Positions 27,049 through 32,198 of a DNA stretch of 32,198 nucleotides are shown here, one piece after another; position 1 is the stretch's first letter, and each line of letters begins with the position of its first letter. The stretch is taken from contig JBNGDF010000001.1 in assembly GCA_049975265.1 (NCBI GenBank), forward strand, positions 218,346 to 250,543, in the 5' to 3' direction. Under the pieces are notes generated by a model. That model did not search any database. It saw nothing but the letters and a program-made list of their open reading frames with translations, and was not told the DNA's origin. The DNA is from Fidelibacterota bacterium. GTDB lineage: Bacteria > Fidelibacterota > UBA2242. The translations under genes and the position numbers were made by a program.

Positions 27049-27077
27049 ATGTTACACGACAGGAAACTAAATGTCAA
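27049..27077 (-). promoter_or_regulatory. Near-consensus sigma70 promoter for the small basic protein
   Basis: Minus strand TTGACA-17 nt-TAACAT. Confidence 0.65.
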
Positions 27078-27139
27078 GAGATTTCCGTCGGTAAACAGGG
27101 AAAATTCTGCGGATTAGTGAATTTTTTTGCAATTTTTTT

Positions 27140-27736
27140 TCAATCGCCAATCATTTTTTCGATTTCTGCGGCTTTTGAACGCCGTCCTGCCCGGATATAG
27201 CGGTTGATGGCTTCTTCGAAAAGCCCGGTGGCTTTTTCCATGTTTCCCAAGGCTTTCTGTTCGATGCCGGCTTCTTTTAAATAGAGGGCAGATTCTTCCC
27301 AGCGCCCTTCGGACTTCAGTTTTTCAGCCAGTTGGATGTAATCCGGCTTTTCCCCGGTCTGGTCCGGTTTGTCACCTTTCAGGGCGGCATTCAGTGTGGG
27401 GATGAGTTTTTCATAAATGGCGGATTTGGCGTGGATATCGTAGGCGCCCATTGAGAGATATTTCTCCCGGATTTCGACGGTCAGTTCGCCGGTGAGACCG
27501 ATGACTGGCACGTCCGGTTTGCTCTGCTTCATCAGTTTCAGGGTCAGGTAACCATCCATACCGGGCAGATTGTGGTCCAGAATAACGACATCGTAATCGT
27601 TTTGCCGAAACATCGTCATTGCCTTTTCACCGTCTTCCGCTTCGACGATTTCGTATTCCCCGGTGCCAAGGTATTCGATCAGTGCGTCACGCAACAGCGC
27701 TTTGTCATCGACCAGTAGGATTTTTTTCACTGACAT
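27140..27736 (-). CDS. Response regulator: receiver domain plus short helical TPR-like C-terminus
   Basis: ILLVDD, ILDHNLPGMDG, IGLTG and HAK; C-terminus LAEKL..EGRWEESALYL.EAG...GNMEKATGLFEEA resembles TPR helices; no HTH. Confidence 0.85.
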   Translation of the reverse strand: MSVKKILLVDDKALLRDALIEYLGTGEYEIVEAEDGEKAMTMFRQNDYDVVILDHNLPGMDGYLTLKLMKQSKPDVPVIGLTGELTVEIREKYLSMGAYDIHAKSAIYEKLIPTLNAALKGDKPDQTGEKPDYIQLAEKLKSEGRWEESALYLKEAGIEQKALGNMEKATGLFEEAINRYIRAGRRSKAAEIEKMIGD

Positions 27737-27748
27737 ATCTTGTCCTTT

Positions 27749-28945
27749 CTATATCATTTTAAACTTTATGGTGAAAGTGGTGCCTTTGCCGACCTCACTG
27801 GCTACATGTATTTCACCTTCATGGTTTTCGACGGCTTTTTTACAAATCATCAAACCCAGTCCGGTACCCTGCTTGCCGCTCCAGTAGGTATAGTCGGGGC
27901 GCCAGATTTTTTCCAGTTTGTCGGAGGGAATGCCGACGCCGGTATCGGTTATATTGACCACGGCAGACCCGTTTTCCCGAAAGGTCTGGATCGTCAGGGT
28001 ACCCTTATTGTCCATCGCTTTGTAGGCATTTTCAACCAGGTTGACAAACACCCGGATCAGGTCTTCTTCGCTGGCGCTGATATTCAGCACTTCAGTGGAA
28101 TAGTCTTCCACCAGTTCGATTTCCGGATTGGCGGTGATCTGGGAATCGGTGAAGAGATGAATCGCCTCCCGAACCAGGGCATTCAAATCCACCGTCTTCT
28201 TGTGGCTCTTGTCAATGTCAATTGCCTGACCGAGATGTTTAAGTTTTTCCCCCAGCTCCTTGAAAAAGCCCATCAGGGTGATGATTCCGGCGCCCTTTTC
28301 GATGCCCTCCTCGGCGATTTTCAGGACCCGGTCGCGACACTCTTCCAGTGTTTCCAATCCCTCCTGATCCCGGATGATCTCAAAACAGGTTTCCACCTCC
28401 TTTTTAAAACTCTCCATCTTGCGTTGCAGCGTCTGCAGCCGCAACATCAGGGAGGCGTAGTAGCTGCCGGACATGTCGTGACCGACACTTTTGACGATCA
28501 GCCGGCTTTCTTCAATTGCCCGCCGCCGTTCCTCGGCTAATTTCTCGTTTTTAATACGCTCTTTCTGCCAGTCAAAACCTTTGACGATACGTTCGTAGAA
28601 GAGGTCGGGATATTCAACCACGGCATGTTTCTGGATAAAATCCCGGGCGCCGAGCCGCAGTGAATCCACGGCGTTTTCAATGGTGATCTCTCCGGTCAGA
28701 ACGATGACATAATTGCGGTAAATCAGCTGCTCTTTTTCCATTTGAGCCAGGAGCTCCAGACCGGACATATGGGGCATGCGAATATCCAACAGCACCACCC
28801 GGAACTGTTTTTCCCGGAGAAATGCCAGCCCGTCCTCGGGTTTGGTGTTGTAGGCGATGGTCCAGCCGTGGTCCTCCAGGGTTTCCTGAATACTTTTGCA
28901 AAAGGGCTCACTGTCGTCAATCAGCAGAATATCTTTGTAAAACAT
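27749..28945 (-). CDS. Hybrid receiver-histidine kinase (REC-HisKA-HATPase), cytoplasmic
   Basis: LLDIRMPHMSG receiver; H-box SVGHDM; N-box NLVENA; G1 DTGVGI; G2 GTGLGL. Confidence 0.92.
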   Translation of the reverse strand: MFYKDILLIDDSEPFCKSIQETLEDHGWTIAYNTKPEDGLAFLREKQFRVVLLDIRMPHMSGLELLAQMEKEQLIYRNYVIVLTGEITIENAVDSLRLGARDFIQKHAVVEYPDLFYERIVKGFDWQKERIKNEKLAEERRRAIEESRLIVKSVGHDMSGSYYASLMLRLQTLQRKMESFKKEVETCFEIIRDQEGLETLEECRDRVLKIAEEGIEKGAGIITLMGFFKELGEKLKHLGQAIDIDKSHKKTVDLNALVREAIHLFTDSQITANPEIELVEDYSTEVLNISASEEDLIRVFVNLVENAYKAMDNKGTLTIQTFRENGSAVVNITDTGVGIPSDKLEKIWRPDYTYWSGKQGTGLGLMICKKAVENHEGEIHVASEVGKGTTFTIKFKMI

Positions 28946-28948
28946 AGC

Positions 28949-30763
28949 CTAACTTTCTATAGGAATTTCCAGGGTCAGCCGCAGGTTGGAATTTTGCTCC
29001 TGCAGGGTAATCTTGCCGTTATAGTCGGTGGCGACCAGTTCTTTGATCACCTCCAGAGAGAACTGGTAGGTGCTGTGGTTTTTGCCTTCGCCATAGAATT
29101 CATTCACGGATTTTTTAGGAATCTCAACGCCGGCGATGTTGTCAGAGCCGGCAATATTGGTGATCAGAGTCTTGTCGTTTTTTACATGGGTTTCGATCCA
29201 GAGGATGGAACCGTAGTGCTCAAAGCGCGAGATGATCAGCGAGATCAGCGTAACCAAAACTTCGATGATTTCGTTGGGGTCCACCACCAGCTGGGGGATA
29301 TTGGGCTCTTCATTTTTATTTCGCTGTACCACGACCTTGTAGGAGAGCAGATTGTTGGTGAGATACAGCAGAGCTTCGTCGAGCAGTTCCGTCCAGGGGC
29401 GTTTGATGTGAATGAAACCGGCTTTGGTGGAAAATTCCTGGAGAATGCGAACACCGTCGGAAACGTTTTTCAGATTGCGCTGAATCTGCTCCATTCTCTC
29501 GATGGTGGCTGCGGGCGTTTCGACTTTGCCGGCTTTGACCTTTTTTAAAAAATTGCCGATGCTCAGTTGAGCTTCTGTCAGCGGGTTGACCACATCATTG
29601 GGGATGCGCATCGCCAGGGTGCCCAGGGCTGTAAGACGCTGGTTTTTCATGGTGGTGACGGCGGAGTATTTCATGGTTTCCAGATATTCGACATTTTCGA
29701 TGGCAACGGAGATCATATCCACCATGATCTGGAGATACTGTTCATCATCCTCGGTAAAGTATTTTTCCCGTTCCGTACCGGGCAGTTTGTTGTAGAGTTT
29801 AATGGCGCCCTGGGTTTCGTTTTTGATATTGATCGGCACGCCCAGGAATGTCAGGCGGTCGCCATGTTTCAGATGGTCCTTAATGGCGTTGCGGTATTTG
29901 CCTTTATATTCGGGGAGAGTCAGAACATTGCGGGAACGGATGGTGCGGTTCTCTTTGACGATAGTGCCGGTCAGTCCCTCGCCTACTTTGTGTTCGGCGA
30001 CGTTGATCAATTCCCGGGGGATTCCGTAGCCGCCTTTGAGAATCAGGGTATCTTTCTCGGTCTTTTTGCGCAGGTAAATTTCACAGGTTTCCGAGCCGAT
30101 GGTCCTGGCTGTATTTTCGGCGACGAACTCCAGCAGATTGTCGAGTTCGAAAAAGGATAGTATCTGGGTGCCGACTTTCATGAGCAGCTCGAGATACTCC
30201 GCTTTGCGGCGCTCCCGGCGCAGGTATTCGGAATTGTCAATCGCCATGGCCACATAGCGGGCGATCAGGGAAAAGACCTCCAGGTCGGAGTTGTTGAAAT
30301 TTTTATCGTCCGAAGCGGTGCGGATCAGACCGATCAGACGGTCATTATAGGAGAGCAGCGGTACAGCCATAAAGGATTTGGCTTTACGGTGGTCGGATTC
30401 GGCGAATTTGCCCACCCAGCGTAAATTTTCACCGAGCTTTTCCAGGTCGGCGTCGGTTTTCTTGTTCAGGTCGCGGATCAGCAGCGGTTCCTTTTTATCA
30501 AAAACCCAGCCGGTCAACCCTTCGTTGCGTCGGTAGATGATTTCATCGCTGGCGGGTACCGACAGACCGCTGGTCTTTGCGAGACGGACCACGTCGTCAT
30601 CGTCGTCATATAGAAAGATGGAGCAGCCTTTCCATTTGAAAATCTGGGGAATCAGCTCGACACTTTTTTCGAGAATGCCATCCAGTGAGCGTTCCCGAAA
30701 GATTGAGATAACATTCAGGACCTGATCGATGGTGAGTGAGCCGAGCTCTTTTTTTCCGCTCAT
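28949..30763 (-). CDS. GAF-GAF protein with a degenerate histidine kinase module (pseudokinase)
   Basis: Two GAF domains (EGLTGWV...SFMAVPL; EGLTGTI...FLGVPI...GAIKLYNK), then an HK-shaped C-terminus lacking the H, N, G1 and G2 signature residues. Confidence 0.85.
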   Translation of the reverse strand: MSGKKELGSLTIDQVLNVISIFRERSLDGILEKSVELIPQIFKWKGCSIFLYDDDDDVVRLAKTSGLSVPASDEIIYRRNEGLTGWVFDKKEPLLIRDLNKKTDADLEKLGENLRWVGKFAESDHRKAKSFMAVPLLSYNDRLIGLIRTASDDKNFNNSDLEVFSLIARYVAMAIDNSEYLRRERRKAEYLELLMKVGTQILSFFELDNLLEFVAENTARTIGSETCEIYLRKKTEKDTLILKGGYGIPRELINVAEHKVGEGLTGTIVKENRTIRSRNVLTLPEYKGKYRNAIKDHLKHGDRLTFLGVPINIKNETQGAIKLYNKLPGTEREKYFTEDDEQYLQIMVDMISVAIENVEYLETMKYSAVTTMKNQRLTALGTLAMRIPNDVVNPLTEAQLSIGNFLKKVKAGKVETPAATIERMEQIQRNLKNVSDGVRILQEFSTKAGFIHIKRPWTELLDEALLYLTNNLLSYKVVVQRNKNEEPNIPQLVVDPNEIIEVLVTLISLIISRFEHYGSILWIETHVKNDKTLITNIAGSDNIAGVEIPKKSVNEFYGEGKNHSTYQFSLEVIKELVATDYNGKITLQEQNSNLRLTLEIPIES

Positions 30764-31749
30764 GACGATAATATCCGATAAATTTTTAAAAGTTCCGCAT
30801 CCAGCGGTTTTTTCTTTTCCCAGGTGTCCGGCAACGGGGTGTAGGTGACGTGATTATTGGACCAGCCGACCATCATGTCGGTTTTGCCCTGCTGCAGAGC
30901 AGAGACGGCGTGATAGCCCAGCCGGCTGGCAAGCAGGCGGTCGGTGGCGGTGGGACTGCCGCCCCGCTGAGTATGCCCCAGAACGCAGACATGACAGCTG
31001 ACGTGAAACTTTTCCCGCAGCTTCGTGGCGATCTCGTTGGCGGAACCCAGTTTGTGCCCTTCGGCGACAACCATCAGGCTGCTGGTCTTGCCGGTACGGG
31101 ACCAGGTTTTGATCATCTTACCCAGATCTTCAATGGTGGTCTCGGTTTCCGGAACGAGAATCTCTTCGGCGCCGCCGCAGATACCGACCTCCAGGGCGAT
31201 GAAGCCGGCGTGCCGCCCCATCACCTCCACCAGGAAAATGCGATCGTGGGAGGCGGCGGTGTCACGGATTTTGTCAATGGAATCCAGGGCGGTGTGAACG
31301 GCAGTATCGTAGCCGATGGTCAAATCGGTTCCGAAAATGTCGTTGTCAATGGTGCCGGGAATGCCGATGACGTTGATCTGCTGCTCTTCATAGAGGGCAT
31401 GGGCGCCGTGGAAACTGCCGTCACCACCGATGACCACCAGATGACTGATATCCCATTCTCGCAGGACGGCGGCGCCCCGCTTGCGCCCGGTTTGATGACG
31501 GAAGGATTCGCTGCGGGAGGTTTTCAGGAAGGTACCGCCTTTTTGAATAATGTTGCTGACAGAGCGGCGGGAGAGCGGCATTACTTCACCCTGGATTAAT
31601 CCCTCAAAGCCGCTGTAAATTCCAAAGACATTAATACCCTCTTCGATCGCCGTCCGCACTACTGCCCGGATGGCGGCGTTCATTCCGGGGGCATCACCAC
31701 CGCTGGTGAGTACTGCCAATCGTTTGATAGCTGTTTGCGTTGATTTCAT
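30760..31749 (-). CDS. pfkA: ATP-dependent 6-phosphofructokinase
   Basis: TSGGDAPGMN, GGDGS, PGTIDND, EVMGR and LGHTQRGG. Gly in both GGDG and PGTIDND indicates the ATP type. Confidence 0.97.
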   Translation of the reverse strand: MKSTQTAIKRLAVLTSGGDAPGMNAAIRAVVRTAIEEGINVFGIYSGFEGLIQGEVMPLSRRSVSNIIQKGGTFLKTSRSESFRHQTGRKRGAAVLREWDISHLVVIGGDGSFHGAHALYEEQQINVIGIPGTIDNDIFGTDLTIGYDTAVHTALDSIDKIRDTAASHDRIFLVEVMGRHAGFIALEVGICGGAEEILVPETETTIEDLGKMIKTWSRTGKTSSLMVVAEGHKLGSANEIATKLREKFHVSCHVCVLGHTQRGGSPTATDRLLASRLGYHAVSALQQGKTDMMVGWSNNHVTYTPLPDTWEKKKPLDAELLKIYRILSS

Positions 31750-31772
31750 CCGGGTCCTTCCAAAAGCCCTGT

Positions 31773-31802
31773 AATATACAGCGAAATCGTCTAATTATTC
31801 AA
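31773..31802 (-). promoter_or_regulatory. Putative promoter for the pfkA-signalling operon
   Basis: Minus strand TTGAAT-18 nt-TATATT upstream of the AAGGA RBS. Confidence 0.4.
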
Positions 31803-32054
31803 TGGTGGCGGTTATTTTCAGCTTCAGCTCTTTTTTTAATCATGATTAAATTTTGAATTAAACGGATAGTATGACGATGAATATAGAGATTGATAAACGG
31901 AAGTATATTGATCTTAATCGTTCGGAATACGGTGACCGGTACCCGGCTTTCAGATTTCCGACGGAAAAAGCGAGCCGTCGTTACAGATGATAAAAGTACC
32001 TCCCGGAATCTCATTCCCGGCACTTTAACGGCTGTCAGGACTGAGGTTATGGTA

Positions 32055-32198
32055 GAAAAAAAAAGTTGGGAAAGAAATTTTTCCTTGCAATTAACACGGG
32101 GGGGGGGGGGTAGATTTTATCAAACTGCATCTTTGACGTGGGGCAATCCTGAAGCGGCTTCGAGCCGCCCGGCTGAAGCGCTTCGACGATCTTTGAAA
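32055..32198 (+). promoter_or_regulatory. Probable rRNA operon promoter and leader (A-tract UP element, -35/-10, boxB-like hairpin, boxA)
   Basis: A-tracts, TTGCAA (32085-32090), TAGATT (32111-32116), hairpin GCGGCT-TCG-AGCCGC and boxA-like GATCTTTGAAA at the very end. The rRNA gene itself is outside the window. Confidence 0.6.
32098..32110 (+). repeat. G13 homopolymer tract
   Basis: 13 consecutive G between the putative -35 and -10 boxes. Confidence 0.9.

Noticed and set aside
31799..32023. 74-aa minus-strand ORF upstream of pfkA
   Set aside because: No RBS or motif, and it overlaps putative regulatory sequence; probably spurious.
32138..32198. GC-rich hairpins at the right edge as a possible tRNA, ncRNA or CRISPR repeat
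   Set aside because: No cloverleaf and no repeat-spacer periodicity (GAAGCG..CTTCGA occurs twice but closely spaced); better explained as an rRNA leader.
1..32198. Mobile element, prophage, defence system or recoding (Sec/Pyl, programmed frameshift)
   Set aside because: I saw no integrase, transposase, nuclease or phage genes, no terminal repeats, and no split ORFs needing readthrough. The CPBP 'Abi' name does not by itself imply phage defence.

Overview
Gene-dense bacterial chromosomal segment, mostly minus strand. I found no integrase, transposase, phage gene, CRISPR array or tRNA. Gene content (secreted PepC, NamZ, GH20, TM1266-like protein, HD-GYP) suggests an uncultured anaerobe of the FCB group, e.g. 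Marinimicrobia/KSB1-like; this is an impression, not a classification. From left to right: a surface-polysaccharide block (partial GT4 glycosyltransferase, Wzx-type flippase, FemAB/GNAT protein); a PBP1A / degenerate amidohydrolase / PepC / GH20 / TM1266-like run; purine nucleoside phosphorylase divergent from namZ; FmdB zinc ribbon, CysQ/IMPase, MBL hydrolase; a Zn-motif membrane protein and FAD oxidoreductase; MMPL transporter, REC-FHA protein, rlmD, GAF-HD-GYP and a 1133-aa internally duplicated CPBP protease; a small basic tandem-repeat protein; pfkA coupled to three signalling genes; and a probable rRNA operon promoter/leader at the right edge. Most interesting: (1) pfkA translationally coupled to a GAF-GAF pseudo-histidine kinase, a REC-kinase hybrid and a REC protein with no DNA-binding domain; (2) a stand-alone 75-aa basic two-repeat protein with strong expression signals (nucleoid-protein candidate); (3) an intact amidohydrolase that has lost its metal ligands; (4) the duplicated CPBP protein with one dead half; (5) a G13 tract in the spacer of the putative rrn promoter.
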